From positions 2,046,001 through 2,110,000 of the forward strand of contig OX597826.1 of assembly GCA_951406725.2 (NCBI GenBank): DNA of 64,000 nt. The letters are read 5' to 3'. Under the pieces are notes generated by a model. That model had not been told where the DNA came from. It saw only the letters and a list, made by a program, of their open reading frames with translations, and did not search any database. Source of the DNA: Octopus vulgaris. Taxonomy: Eukaryota. The position numbers and the translations under genes were made by a program. Shown here one piece after another: positions 1-13,787 of the stretch. Position 1 is the first letter of the stretch, and each line of letters begins with the position of its first letter.

Positions 1-438
1 TGTGTGTGTATGTGTGTGTGTGAGTGTGTATGTGTGTTTGTGTGTGTATGTGTGTGTGTGTGTATAGCTATATGTACTTATACAAATGTGCTTATTCTGA
101 TGTTTTTTCAGCAAACTCCAGAGTATATCAGTGCATCTAATGTTTTTGTGTATGAAACCATCTGAGCCTGCGTGAGTATGTTTCTGATCTTGCTATTGCT
201 GAAGTAAGGGGCTAACCGCAGAGACTGGCATGGGGCTGCATGGTGTTTGATAGGGGATCACTCACTCCCCGGCTCCTTGATCATTTACCTTCCCTTCAAG
301 CGATAAACTTCTAAAATATGTTTAGCTTATCGATATGATTGTGTCGCAACTATGGAGACTCACAGCTGCATCAATTTCGCAAGCTAATCTCTCAAAAAAG
401 AAACCTCCGTTCTCCACCTCTCACTTTCACCGCACTCC

Positions 439-460
439 CTGTACATAAAACACACACACG

Positions 461-519
<59 letters not shown>

Positions 520-616
520 ACACACTCACCCTCACACACATACACACATGTAATTATATATGAGTGTGTATGAAAATGAAAATATACATACAGAAAAGAG
601 CACATATACACACAGA

Positions 617-677
<61 letters not shown>

Positions 678-930
678 GCGTATGTATATATGTGTGCATA
701 TATATATATGTGTGTGTATATATATATGTATATATACACATACATTATGTATATATATATATATGTGCGTATAAATGTATATAGACACACGCACACACAT
801 ACATAAAATGCATGTGTTGGCGCACGCATACTCAGATGCATATACATATATAGATATTATGCAATATATTTACCTTTTAGACATTATACTAAATATTCTA
901 CTCGTAATTCATGAATTATTATTATCATTG

Positions 931-1011
<81 letters not shown>

Positions 1012-1056
1012 ATGGTGGTTTTGTTATTATTTCAATGGCGCCAGGTTTATTGTTAT

Positions 1057-1124
<68 letters not shown>

Positions 1125-1950
1125 ATAAAAAATGAAATGTTCCTCAGAAATTTTCCATCTTTTTCGATCAATCAATTTTATGCAACTGAAAGTACTGAAC
1201 TTACATAACAACAACAACAACAACAATAACAGCAACAACAACAACAACAACAACGATAATGGTGGTGATGATGATAATAGTAATAATAATAATAATAATA
1301 ATAATGCTAGTAAATTATTACCACAAATATTGCTGAGGGTCATGATAATGATACTGGTAATGATAATATATATAATATTAATAGTTTATGAAAATAATAT
1401 GCTGAAAACAAACACATGAATTAATAAATGTATAGATGATGATGATGATGATTGTGGTGGTGATAGTGGTGGTGGTGGTGGTGGTGGTGGTGGTCATGAT
1501 GATGCTGATATCAATAATAATAATAATAATAATGATAATAATAATAACATTATTAATAATAATAATAATGATAATAATAATAACATTATTAATAATAATA
1601 ATAATAATAATGACAGCAACAACAATTAAAATAACGATAGACACAGTATAAGGAATAAATAGCATTTGCCAGTAGACATATCTTGTTAAACAAATTTCAT
1701 GCAGAAAGAGAGGGCGCCGCTGTTTGAATTCTCCCGTTTCTTTCTCATGTATATCATTCGTGTCTTATGCTATTATTTTTGTTTCAAATGATGTAAAAAA
1801 TAAATAATGTTCTTACGTTAATTTCTTTTTTACGTGAAGATAATTTTATATTTCATTATTTCTGCTTATATATTCTTTCATTTTAATATTTTTCCTTTTT
1901 TTCTCTATAATTTTTTTCTATAATTTTGCGATAAAATATATTGTAATTAT

Positions 1951-1987
<37 letters not shown>

Positions 1988-2216
1988 GACACACACATAC
2001 ATATATATATGTTTACATATACATATGTTTATATATACACACACACATATGTATATATGTATGTATCATAGGTAAATATGCATGTAGGTAAGCATTTGTG
2101 TGAGAATATATGGTGTTTTATATGTGATGTAATATGTTTTGTACGAGGCGATATAGGTAGAGCTGTAATTCCATTTTGTTTCTCATGTTGGCGGTGTGTA
2201 TATATTTATATATATG

Positions 2217-2267
<51 letters not shown>

Positions 2268-2363
2268 CATATGCATACATATACATATATATATACATAT
2301 ATATGTATATGCTTGATTATATATATACATATATATATGTATATCTATCTATCTATCTCTCTC

Positions 2364-2430
<67 letters not shown>

Positions 2431-2460
2431 GCGTGTGTGTGTATGTGTAATTCTGTATAT
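439..2460. repeat. Compound microsatellite field: (CA)n, (TA)n, (ATT)n, (AAC)n/(AAT)n, (GAT)n/(GTG)n, (CT)n
   Basis: Directly visible simple repeats; they account for all low-complexity ORFs here. Confidence 0.95.
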
Positions 2461-3013
2461 ATCCAAGTATATATGCTTGTATGTGCGTGTGTATGGGAAA
2501 CAGTTCTTTAAATACGCAACTGCGTTGATGTTTTGGTCGTTTTATTTTCAATTTTGGGTATTTTCTTAGATTTGTTATACTTGGTTTAGATACAATGAAG
2601 TTTCTAATTTCATATTCGACGTTTCCACATCTTCGTAGTCTCATTTCTAAGAATTGAATATATAGAACTGAACATAACCGTGTTGGTCCTTATGTACTGG
2701 TTGAATTCGCTCAGAATTTCCCGCCAAAGATTTATTTTATGTCACTTGCTACGTGTTAAATTGTCGATAAATGCTTTTGGGTGTTCATTTTGACATTGTA
2801 TTGTGATATGCGTATGATTTGCATAACTAATTTTCTATTTTTGCTAGGAATTTTTTAACTGTATGATTATAAATTTAGTATTCTCCCCTTCAGTACTTTC
2901 CTATTTAATTTTGTTGCAGATGCATAGTGAATTTACATGGGTGTTGTGCTGGTCTGTCCAATACATCTAAAGTGATGGAATTTGCAACTTTATTTTTCTT
3001 TCTTTCTTCCATC

Positions 3014-3060
<47 letters not shown>

Positions 3061-4202
3061 TATGTATGCATGTAGGTAGGTAGGTAGGTAGTCAAATCAA
3101 ATAGATGAACAATAGAATTAACAATAACAAACAACAAGAGAACGTGCACAAGGAATGCGTTATTTTGACGCTCAGTAAAAAAAATGAGTCAACTGTCCTG
3201 GGCGAACTGTCTTGGGCCAACTGTCGTTTTGACAACTACTGTTTTAAGTCTTCTTCAAGCCACATCCCTCACAAGGTCAGTATATGCACAAAGAGCCTAA
3301 TTAATCTCTGATGGCTTGATCCTGCAACGAGTTGTAGTGCGTTGCATAGGACTAACAACACTCACCAGCGATCAGTAGTCTATTACATTGTGATAAAACG
3401 AAGATTTACTGAGTCTAAATGTCAATACGTTTATAACTTTTGAAGAATTAACTTCATCATTGGAAATGGATCATTATTCTAATACTTACATCGATATTAT
3501 AATATTTCGATCAGTTTTGGTCCAGAACGTCGTCACTGATTTCTGAACACGTATATAGTAAGTGGGCAGATTCGAACTAGGAACCTATATTTTAAACTAT
3601 TAATAGTAACTGTCTTAACCATTAAGTCACCGACTTATGTACATCAAAGTGCTCCCTATGTAAATTTTAGTTTCATTTAAGCAGCCATATCAAATATATG
3701 TCAGAGTTAGTCTAACCGATTCGGTTTTCAGAAACCTCCATATCTACTGTCCCTTTGATCTTACTAAGATTTCGACTGTAATTTTCTATCAATTATAGAA
3801 AATTTTATTCCCTCTTTACAATTTTCTTTTTACTTCACATATTTTCAACCATTCCTGATTTAGATGTTTTGTGATCGTTTGGCTTAACTCATCGTAAAGT
3901 CAATACCACCATCACCGATATCCAAACTACAGTGGAGAAGGCTAGCCACTGGATTTGCTTAAAAACAGACGATGAGCGATGGCTAGAAGAATATTGAGCT
4001 TTAATTGATAACCAGTTGATCTAGCAAGCGGGGCCTCATATCAGTGAGCGGGGCCGGTGCGCATGGATGCCGTCGAGAGGTAGGCCCCGAAACGGCGCGC
4101 TTTCTCTCTTGATGACCCCATACACTTGCTGGCTTCCGGTATGCGGAGGTTTTGACTGGAATCTGCCAAGTGTGGTGATTCTTTTAAACACAATTTTGAT
4201 GT

Positions 4203-4500
4203 TACGCCACTCCATCGGTTACGATGATGAGGGTTCCAGTTGATCCGATCAACGAAACAGCCTGCTCGTGAAATTAACGTGCAAGTGGCTGAGCACTCCA
4301 CAGACACGTATACCCTTAACGTAGAGAACCAGCGTGACAAGGCTGGCCCTTTGCAATACAGTTACTACTCATTTGTGCCAGCTGAGTAAACTCAAACAAT
4401 GTGAAATAAAGTGCTTTGCTCAAGGACGCAACGCGTCGCCGAGAGTTGAACTCACGACTATACGGTCGTGAGCCGAATAATCTAACCACTAAGCCACACG
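4203..4500 (-). mobile_element. tRNA-derived SINE, family C
   Basis: Minus strand shows an A box (TGGCTTAGTGG) and a B-box-like GAGTTCAACTC, then the GTCCTTGAGCAAAGCACTTTATTTCAC core. The 3' half is homologous to 27428-27726 and 28125-28300. Confidence 0.85.
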
Positions 4501-4634
4501 ACTTCACTTTGTTGTTATCTGTACTACCAGTAAGATAGTAATAGAATAATTTCATTGGAGTTCAAGCCCCAAACACCAGCTTGAGAGTTATGCGAATCAT
4601 AGACGATTAGTCAGTATTTAATATTCAAATATAT

Positions 4635-4853
4635 AAGGGCGGCGAACTGGCAGAATCGTTAGCACGCCGGGCGAAATGCATAGCAATATTTCGTCTGCCT
4701 TTAATGTTCTGAGTTCAAATTCCACCGAGGTCAACTTTGCCTTTCATTCTTTTGAGGTCGATAAATTACATACCAGTTGCGTACTGGTGTCGATCTAATC
4801 GACTGGCTCCCACCACAAAATTTCGGGCCTTGTGCCTAGAGTAGAAAAGAATA
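4635..4853 (+). mobile_element. tRNA-derived SINE, family B, short-tail form
   Basis: Head GGCGGCGAACTGGCAGAATCGTTAGCACGCC, B box GAGTTCAAATTCC and core GCCTTTCATTCTTTTGAGGTCGATAAA; more than 10 homologous copies in the window. Confidence 0.9.
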
Positions 4854-5826
4854 TTCAATAATGTATATATCATGTAACTCATTTCTTAAATATAAACTCA
4901 TACATTTGTACAAATGTAAGCACTGGAACATGCCTTTCTTACTATTGTATCGTTGATGAGGTTCATAGATTAATTGACGGTCGTTTTTCAATGAATTAAT
5001 GTTCTGATGTTTGATGCTGTACTTCAGTAATGTGATTGAGGCTTACCTTTATCTAGATTAAATAAATTTGATTAAAGTACACAGTGAGTTTCAGTGGCGT
5101 TAAAAAATTTGAACGTTCTTTCGATATAAGAAAGGATCATCCATGTATCTTAAACGAACTGCGGATTAAATTGGCTTTTCTCGAGATTAGTATTCAAACT
5201 GGAGAAGAAAATAACAAACCACTTCAATATCTCTGCCAAGAAAATATTAAGAGAAAATCAAAACGAAGCAACGTTATGGCTTCATCCGATGAGAGAACTC
5301 CCGCTTAACCGGCAAGGCTTTCGCTGTAGAGACACCAACGGGCTTTAAAAGTGCATGATACATGACGACGACGGCGAGTCTTCGAATATTCCCAGGAAAT
5401 GTTTGATATTATTGATGATAATGGTGCTTGAATAGACATCTCCTTCTCTTGTTGGCAAATTTCATTATCAGTCTACAAATGAAGCATTCATGGGCAAAAT
5501 ATTTTAAAGTCTTCACGATATTACATAATTGAATTGTACTGCTATGACAACCGATATTCGTATACTTCTAGTATGATTGTAATACCTGATAAAATCTCAC
5601 CTGTGATTAGGTTTGCCACATCAAGACTGATGCTGTGGTAGGATATGATAAGCTTTTTCCCGAATTTGCTTTATGATGTCTGATGAAATTTTCGTACATG
5701 AAGGATTTCTGCCTATGATGTGAAGAAGTAAAACAAACGTCTCAGCTAATGGACACAGAATCTCTATCACTGGTGAGAGAACTTAGAATGACTGAGGTTT
5801 AATTATGCCTGGGAAGGACAGCATAT

Positions 5827-5953
<127 letters not shown>

Positions 5954-6014
5954 GCCTGTCTGTCTGTCTGTCCATACATATACGTATATATTTATACTTA
6001 TTTACACACACATG

Positions 6015-6054
<40 letters not shown>

Positions 6055-6198
6055 AACGTACACACATACACATAATTATACCTATGTATGTGTGTGTATC
6101 TTTCTCTGCCTCTCACTCTTGTTTACTTTCTCTCTCTCTTTCTATACATTCACACATATACATACATACATACATACATACATACATACATACATACA

Positions 6199-6425
6199 TT
6201 CTTTTATTCTTTTACTTGTTTCAGTCATTTGTCTGCGGCCATGCTGGAGCACCGCCTTTAGTCGAGCAAATAGACCCCAAGACTTATTCTTTGGAAGCCT
6301 AGTACCTATTCTAGCGGTCTCTTTTGCCGAACCGCTAAGTTACGGGGGACGTAAACACACCAGCATCGGTCGTCAAACAATGTTGGGGTCAAACACAGAC
6401 ATACAAACATATACACACACATACA

Positions 6426-6489
<64 letters not shown>

Positions 6490-6647
6490 CATACATATAT
6501 ACGACGGGCTTCTTTCAGTTTCCGTCTACCAAATCCACTCACGAGGCTATAGTAGAAGACACTTGCCCAAGGTGCCACGCAGTGGGACTGAACCCGGAAG
6601 CATGTGATTGGGAAGCAAGCTAGTTAGCACACAGCCACTCCTACGCC

Positions 6648-6648
<1 letters not shown>
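6199..6648 (-). mobile_element. tRNA-derived SINE, family A, near full length with internal (TA)n
   Basis: Reverse complement matches the GGAGTGGCTGTGTG...GGTTCAGTCCC head and the GACTGAAACAAGTAAAAGA tail of the other A copies. Confidence 0.92.
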
Positions 6649-6690
<42 letters not shown>

Positions 6691-6691
<1 letters not shown>

Positions 6692-7259
6692 GTAGTGGGT
6701 AGCGATTTTCTTCAGTACTTCAGTGAGTGACGACCCTGCCTGACACGAGTCCCGGGCTCAGCTAGCTCCGGCTGACAGTACCTGGTATGAGCCCTTATCC
6801 AGGGTTACGGAAATGAGACAATCTTCAAAGAAATCCGGAGTGGGGCCCCTTAGGCTGTTTAGTGTTCGACTCGACACACTTCCGGCAGCTCCTGCATCAA
6901 AGCTGGTACCAAACGTAATGCTCTGCACTCCTTCGTACAACATCAGCAAGGTCGAGAGGGGTATCCTGACGACTGGGCTACCCAGGATTTTCTTACAACT
7001 AGCCCAGGCCGGCGCAAAACTGGAGAGGACATGAAATGTAAACACCAGACTGGATTAGTTTATGCGCAACTCCATTGTCTCCCGAGACAAAAGGATGCTA
7101 ACAATTCAGCCGAAATTACGAGGATGATCCGGTTCTTGACCGAGGATAAAAGGCTTCGAATGACCCCTCCTTGTTTTTTTGTATCGTCTATCTGAATGTT
7201 TTTTGTCCCTTTTTGTATCACCTAGCTGTCCAGATCTTTTGCGTTCTTGTCCCATTTTG

Positions 7260-7262
<3 letters not shown>
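6691..7262. mobile_element. Unclassified GC-rich element embedded in a (TA)n tract
   Basis: Abrupt ~570-bp island of higher GC with (TA)n directly on both sides and a T-rich right end; no convincing ORF. Confidence 0.45.
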
Positions 7263-7301
<39 letters not shown>

Positions 7302-7329
7302 TTTATTCTCTTACATGGAAGTACACATT

Positions 7330-7388
<59 letters not shown>

Positions 7389-7502
7389 GTAATAACAGAA
7401 AAGAGGAATTTCGGTTGTCCCCACGTGGTGGATTGTAATGTATATGAGAAATTAAAAAAGGAAAATACGCACACTTACATGGTTATGATATAATTTTTAA
7501 TG

Positions 7503-7535
7503 TATCGACCGGTTTCGCAATCGCTATTCATGATA
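7503..7535 (-). ncRNA. Minimal type-I hammerhead ribozyme motif, A3-U8 core variant
   Basis: Minus strand reads TATC-ATGAATA-GC(GATT)GC-GAAAC-CG-GTC-GATA: stems I, II and III and a GUC triplet are all present. Confidence 0.65.
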
Positions 7536-7755
7536 TAATGTTTAATTTATATGAATATATATTTTTTCTTAAGAAGAAATTTCTGTACACATACTTATTC
7601 CCCACCCAAAACCTAAACAGTTATCTCCCTTACACAAAACAATAACAATAATAAAAGCCAATTACCTCCCTTTACTTGTCAACTTGTAAAATCATTCATT
7701 CGTGAATTTCATCACAAACAACATGGACCAAGTTTCTTCTTAAGAAAAAATATTA

Positions 7756-7788
7756 TATCGTGAATAGCGATTGCGAAACCGGTCGATA
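7756..7788 (+). ncRNA. Minimal type-I hammerhead ribozyme motif, G3-U8 core variant
   Basis: TATC-GTGAATA-GC(GATT)GC-GAAAC-CG-GTC-GATA; predicted cleavage after C7784. Confidence 0.6.
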
Positions 7789-7843
7789 CATTAAAAATTA
7801 TATTATAACCATGTAAGTGTGCGTATATTCCTTTTTTTAATTT

Positions 7844-7878
<35 letters not shown>

Positions 7879-8329
7879 CAGCAGTCCTACAGGAAAGTAG
7901 AAAGTGTATCACATTATTTTATGATCTTGTGAAATATTTAGCTTAAACTAAATATTAAAAAGCAATTAGTTTAGTATTGAAGTAGACTATACAGATCTGA
8001 TAAAATGTAGAGTTCTTTAATTGTGGAAGCGATATGGCTATAAATATATACTTGTTAGATGTATTTGAAAACAGGAAAAATAAAGGTTCTAGAACATACA
8101 ACAGATAAGGCGTGTGCGAGTGTGTATATATGCATTTTCCCTGTAAATGTTAAGATATATATATATATATATCCTAATCATTCAGTCTAATGTTAAATTC
8201 TTTTATATGTAAGTTGATATAAAACAAACGTTAATATGCACACACACACACACACACACACATGTTTATGTATACATATGACATATATATACATATATAC
8301 ATGTTGATACACACACATATAAAGACAGG

Positions 8330-8377
<48 letters not shown>

Positions 8378-9428
8378 AACACAGGCATATATATATATCC
8401 ATGCATATATGTATATATAAATATATATTTATGTCTGTGCATAAGCATTTGTTTATTTATATATATATGCATATATTTACATATATATTTATAAATGTGT
8501 GTATATACACACACACACACATATATATATATATGTATACATATGACATATGAACATGTATACGTGCCCATACACATACACACATGTACACATACACACA
8601 CACACACACATGTATATATATATATATATATGCATGCATATATGTATGTGTAAACATATATTTATGTGTGTGCGTAAGCATTTGTTTATTTATATATATG
8701 CATATATTTACACGAAACAGATAAATTTACGCATTTCTATACATGCGTGTCTACACACACACACACACACAAACATATGAATGTATGTATGTACACACAT
8801 ATAGACATTTATTACGCCCGAAATGATGAAGTGTTTATAAGAGTAAAAACGCAGTTGTTTTTGTTTTTAACTTTCGAAAATAAAATGTTACCTAAAACAA
8901 AACAAAAAGCAAACTATTGAACAATAACAAATAAAAAAAGCCCCCCAAAACAAACAACAAAAGCCACAACGAATGGGACTTGGGAGATGGTAAGACAGAC
9001 AGGTAAATAGATTGACAAATGTGTGGTGATCAGGAATAAGTAGACCCATCAAACCAGAAAAAAATATCATTTTCTAAGTATGTAACGCTTATAGAAAAAT
9101 AATAACAGATTTATTGCTTTTGTCAAGATGGCTGAAGGGAGGAAAGCGTTGGAATTATGACTTACGGTTCATAGCTTGAGGCGTCGCTGCAGGCAGTGAA
9201 CATAACTCTACTTGCTCCAGCCGTGAAGATGTCAAAGACCCACAAACACGTTTTGCCTAAGGATGATTAAAAAATAATATTGTAAACATTAAAAGATATA
9301 CTGTTTATGTTCTTATGTAGATATATACCTACACAGTTGTGTGTTCGTGTGTGTGTGTATTATGTGTGCATACATATATACATATACTTATACATGTATA
9401 AATATATGTATGTATATATATATGTATG

Positions 9429-9521
<93 letters not shown>

Positions 9522-9592
9522 CATATATATATAAATGTGTGTGTGTATTTCAAAGCACACGCACAAATATATGCATATATGTTGTGTATATA

Positions 9593-9639
<47 letters not shown>

Positions 9640-9741
9640 ACATATATATTATATGCATACATACATACATAAATAAATAGATATGTACATATATTTATAC
9701 ATACAAATATATGGACATCTATCTATCTATCTATATACCTA

Positions 9742-9789
<48 letters not shown>

Positions 9790-10312
9790 CAGTAAAATGT
9801 ATTACAAGTGTAGCTCGATTAACACACACGCACAAACAAATACACACACACACACACGCACAAACAAATACACACACACACACAGATAAACAAACACGCA
9901 CATATACATATGAACATATATGATTTCTAAATACAAATTATGGATATTCTTATGCACATTATATATATATAATGATTTATATATACATAGCATGTTTGTT
10001 TATATGTATCTATCTATACCACATAAACATACAAACATTCATGCTCGCTTACAGATGTGACCATATATTTACATAATAATGTATATCTATCAATCTATCT
10101 ATCTATCTGTCTGTTTGTCTGTCTGTCTGTCTTCTGCCTGTCTGTCTGTCTACCGAGGTACATAGCTATATAATTATAATATATGTAATATACGTAAGAT
10201 ATATGAAACATAATTATAAATACATATATATGTATAAATAAACATATATGTATATATATATATATGAATGTATGCGTATCTATCTCTCTATCTCTCTATC
10301 TATCTCTATCTG

Positions 10313-10346
<34 letters not shown>

Positions 10347-11324
10347 TATCCATATGCAATGGTGTATTTCATGTTGTGTATCTGTGATCTCCAAGAAGCA
10401 GCATCTCCGAAATTGTTCTCGAAGCGAGAGAAATACTTATTTCGTCAAACATCGCTCTTCTTCGCCTCATCCCAAAACCTTATGTCAAGTGTGAGGTAAA
10501 CGAACATCACAAATATCACATGATTAGCTGTCACCCAGAAGTCAGTTATGATTGGCCATTCAAGTAGAAGCCACTGGGGTGACGAACCGCTGCGTAGACA
10601 GAATCCACTCAGTACTTGTCTGAAGTAGGTTTTCTGCCTCATGTTTTTTTCTATTCTCTCTGTTTTTTATTCTTCCTTCACTCGAGAATGAATATTCGAT
10701 CTCGGTATTTTAAATGCCAAAATACTCTTCATGTGAATGGAAATCCTATACCACAATGGAATGAGGTTTCCATAACAGAAAATATAAACATGAAAATAAA
10801 AATTCTATGTGGAAGGCTCACAGAAAAAAAAAACCTTGTGACACAATATATAACACTCACTGAGAACCAAGGAAACTGAATCCCTGTGTAGACGTCAGTA
10901 CAATACGGTCGCAATTAACGAGATGTATTTAAATATTTTCCAAATTTGACAAGCAGATGCCCTACGGGTCGTTGGATGAGATCGTCGGAGTGAATATTGG
11001 AGGAGAAACAACGGTTGACAAACAGGCAATAAATATATCAATGTGTAGAAAATGGACACCCGAATACTTTGGATCGGGTGCGAATACGAAACTAAAGTTT
11101 CTAGAGGCAAGAGAACAGTAAAAGCTCCTATCGTATTGATTCTTAAGTCGTAAACATCCGAGGAAACAATGTTAAGGCGACTGCAGCAGATGATAAAATA
11201 AATAGAAAAAATATTACTAAATTATGTAACGCAGTTAATTTTGTGCTGTTAGCTTACAGTTTTCTAGTTTATGATAATAATGATTTGTTACTTTAGCATA
11301 GGATTTCGTATTTGCAAAATAAAA

Positions 11325-11399
11325 CCTCTGACAAGCAAACTTCTCCAAGAGCTTTTTCGATCCTCCGTTGACCTTTACAAAGGTGTCAACTTATGACAT
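11325..11399 (+). repeat. ~75-bp direct repeat, copy 1 (copy 2 at 13424-13497)
   Basis: Identical 33-nt core GTTGACCTTTACAAAGGTGTCAACTTATGACAT at 11367-11399 and 13465-13497, with similar upstream TGACAAGC.AACTTCTCCAAG. Confidence 0.85.
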
Positions 11400-11584
11400 C
11401 ACATTTTTTTTCTTTCTGTCCCCTAACATACTCCGAGATTTGTTGTTGCTTACATGAAACCAACATTTATCTTCATAGGATTATTTGCAGGTGACAAATA
11501 TACCAGATTACATAAAAAAAAAAGAACTGGTAAAAGCTAAGTTTAAATGTAGCAGGAACTTGATGTAAATATATATATATATAT

Positions 11585-11674
<90 letters not shown>

Positions 11675-11938
11675 ATATATATAATGACGTAACTAAAAGC
11701 TGAACGATATTTACTTTAATCATTCTGATCTATCGCTTCTCAACCTTTTTCCCTTCATGGCACCATGGTGATGAAGTAAAAGATGATTGGTGCTATTTTC
11801 AAGGAATGTTAAGAATCAGTGACGCACTTCACATAAAAATAGTTTATAAATTAGTGTTTTAAAGTTAAAAATTAAAAAGAAACAAAAGATTATTGCTCAT
11901 CTCGTTATATTGGCCATGTTTTTGTTTAAATATTTCAG

Positions 11939-12587
11939 AGCTGTGTGGTAAGTAGCTTGCTTAGCAACCACATGGTTCCGGGTTCAGTCCCACTGCTTGG
12001 CAACTTGGGCAAGTGTCTTCTTATTTCTTTATTGCCCACAGGGGGCTAAACACAGAAGGGACAAACAAGGATAGACAAACGGATTAAGTTGATTACATCG
12101 ACTCCAGGGCGTAACTGGTACTTAATTTATCGACCCCGAAAGGATGAAAGGCAAAGTCGATCTCGGCGGTATTTGAACTCAGAACGTTACGGCAGACGAA
12201 ATAAAGTTACGCATTTCGCTCGGCGTGCTAACGTTCCTGCCAGCTCGCCTTGGGCAAGTGTCTTCTACTATATCCTCGTGCCGACCAAAGCCTTGTGAGT
12301 GGATTTGGTAGACGGAAACTGAAAGAAGCCCACCGCATATATATATATATATATGTATATATATGTGCGTGTGCGTGCGTGTGTGTGTGTGTATGAATTT
12401 TTGTGTGTCTTTATTCCCTCATCATCGCTTGACAATCGATGTTGGTGTTTTTACGTCCCCGTAACTTAGCGCTTCGGCAAAAGGGAACGATAGGATAAGT
12501 ACTAGGCTTATAAAGAATAAGTTTTGTTCGACTAAAGGTGGTGCTCCAGCATAGCCGCAGTCAAATGACTGAAACGAGTAAAAGAAT
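11939..12587 (+). mobile_element. SINE family A interrupted by a nested family B insertion
   Basis: Family A sequence resumes in register after the insert; CTTGGGCAAGTGTCTTCT is duplicated at 12004-12021 and 12249-12266. Confidence 0.92.
12022..12248 (-). mobile_element. SINE family B, long-tail form, with 18-bp TSD
   Basis: Family B head and core, then tail TTTGTCTATCCTTGTTTGTCCCTTCT...GGGCAATAAAGAAATA, flanked by the 18-bp duplication. Confidence 0.92.
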
Positions 12588-12872
12588 ATCACAATTTTCA
12601 AGCGTTGAATCACATTTTTAAAACTGTCTGTGGTTCGTCTTTGACCCTTCCGGCGCAGTGTTTAAGGGATCACTGCTCAAAACTTCCGTTCCTGATATTC
12701 TACACTCTACTAACGCACAGATGTAGGAATGTAACGAATGTATGTGCGTACGTATGTACGTATATATGTAATTATGTATGTATGTAATTATGTATGTATG
12801 TATGTATGTATGTATGTATGTATGTGTGTATGTATGTATGCATGTATGTATGTATGCGCATTTGCATATATC

Positions 12873-13085
12873 GTAGGGTGCTGTACTCATGATCATAAGA
12901 TTGTGGTTTCGATTCCTGAACTGGGCAATGTGTTGTGTTCTTGAGCAAAATACTTCATTTCACCTTACTGCAGTCCACCTAGCTGACAAAAATAAGTAAT
13001 CCTGCAACGGACTAGCGTCATGTACAGGGGTTGTAAATATACACCACAGAATCCAGCCTTGTGTGCATATTGCTCGGGAAGGACG
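12873..13085 (+). mobile_element. Diverged SINE, family C-like
   Basis: B box GGTTTCGATTCC and core TTCTTGAGCAAAATACTTCATTTCAC. Confidence 0.65.
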
Positions 13086-13100
13086 TTTGGTAATCTTTTT

Positions 13101-13160
<60 letters not shown>

Positions 13161-13787
13161 GCTAGCTAGCTAACTAGCTATTTGATTTAACCTCGACTCG
13201 AAAACTATGCAAAATTAATAAAGCGTATGTAAATAACAAATGGACGAAGGTATATATTTCAGGAACGAGAATGTTCTAGTAATTATTTGACTAATACTTA
13301 TTGAATTACTGCGGAACTCCTGAAAATGTTTTGTACACTACTTTTGAATTCATTATTATTCAAGCATTTGAAAAATCAATGTTTATGTCAATCGATGTTG
13401 GACATTTTTGGAATCAAACCTAAACTTTTGACAAGCCAACTTCTCCAAGTGGTTTCGATTCTCTGTTGACCTTTACAAAGGTGTCAACTTATGACATTTC
13501 ATTCCTCCTCTCTCCTCAAAATATGCAGAAAATTGCCATCACTCGAATGACGCTGATATATATTTTACGGACTTAGCAAAAACATTAGCTTATACACTCA
13601 ACAAGCAGTGTAATATAGATTTAGAAAGCAGTATAGAATAGTTCCTTTAACTTCTTCCGCAAAACACATGGGGATAGTATCAAGGAAATGCTATATTATT
13701 CTTAACCATTAGGTACATATATAAAACTGCGCGTTAAATGGATTTGCACAAGTCTGTCGATCTTTGAGTCACCGATGGAGCTTCTAC

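Larger units (their letters stand above)
7441..7850. mobile_element. Inverted-repeat element, probably a Penelope-like terminal-repeat remnant
   Basis: Arms ~7441-7540 and ~7752-7850 are near-perfect reverse complements, with an inner TTTTTCTTAAGAAGAAA pair; each arm carries a hammerhead motif. Confidence 0.7.

Noticed and set aside
3560-3636. tRNA-like A and B boxes on the minus strand
   Set aside because: No cloverleaf and no matching family in the window; at most an old SINE head.
4950-5800. Decayed Penelope-like RT on the minus strand (RYMDD near 5138-5152)
   Set aside because: Only one short motif; flanking RT motifs could not be recovered by eye.
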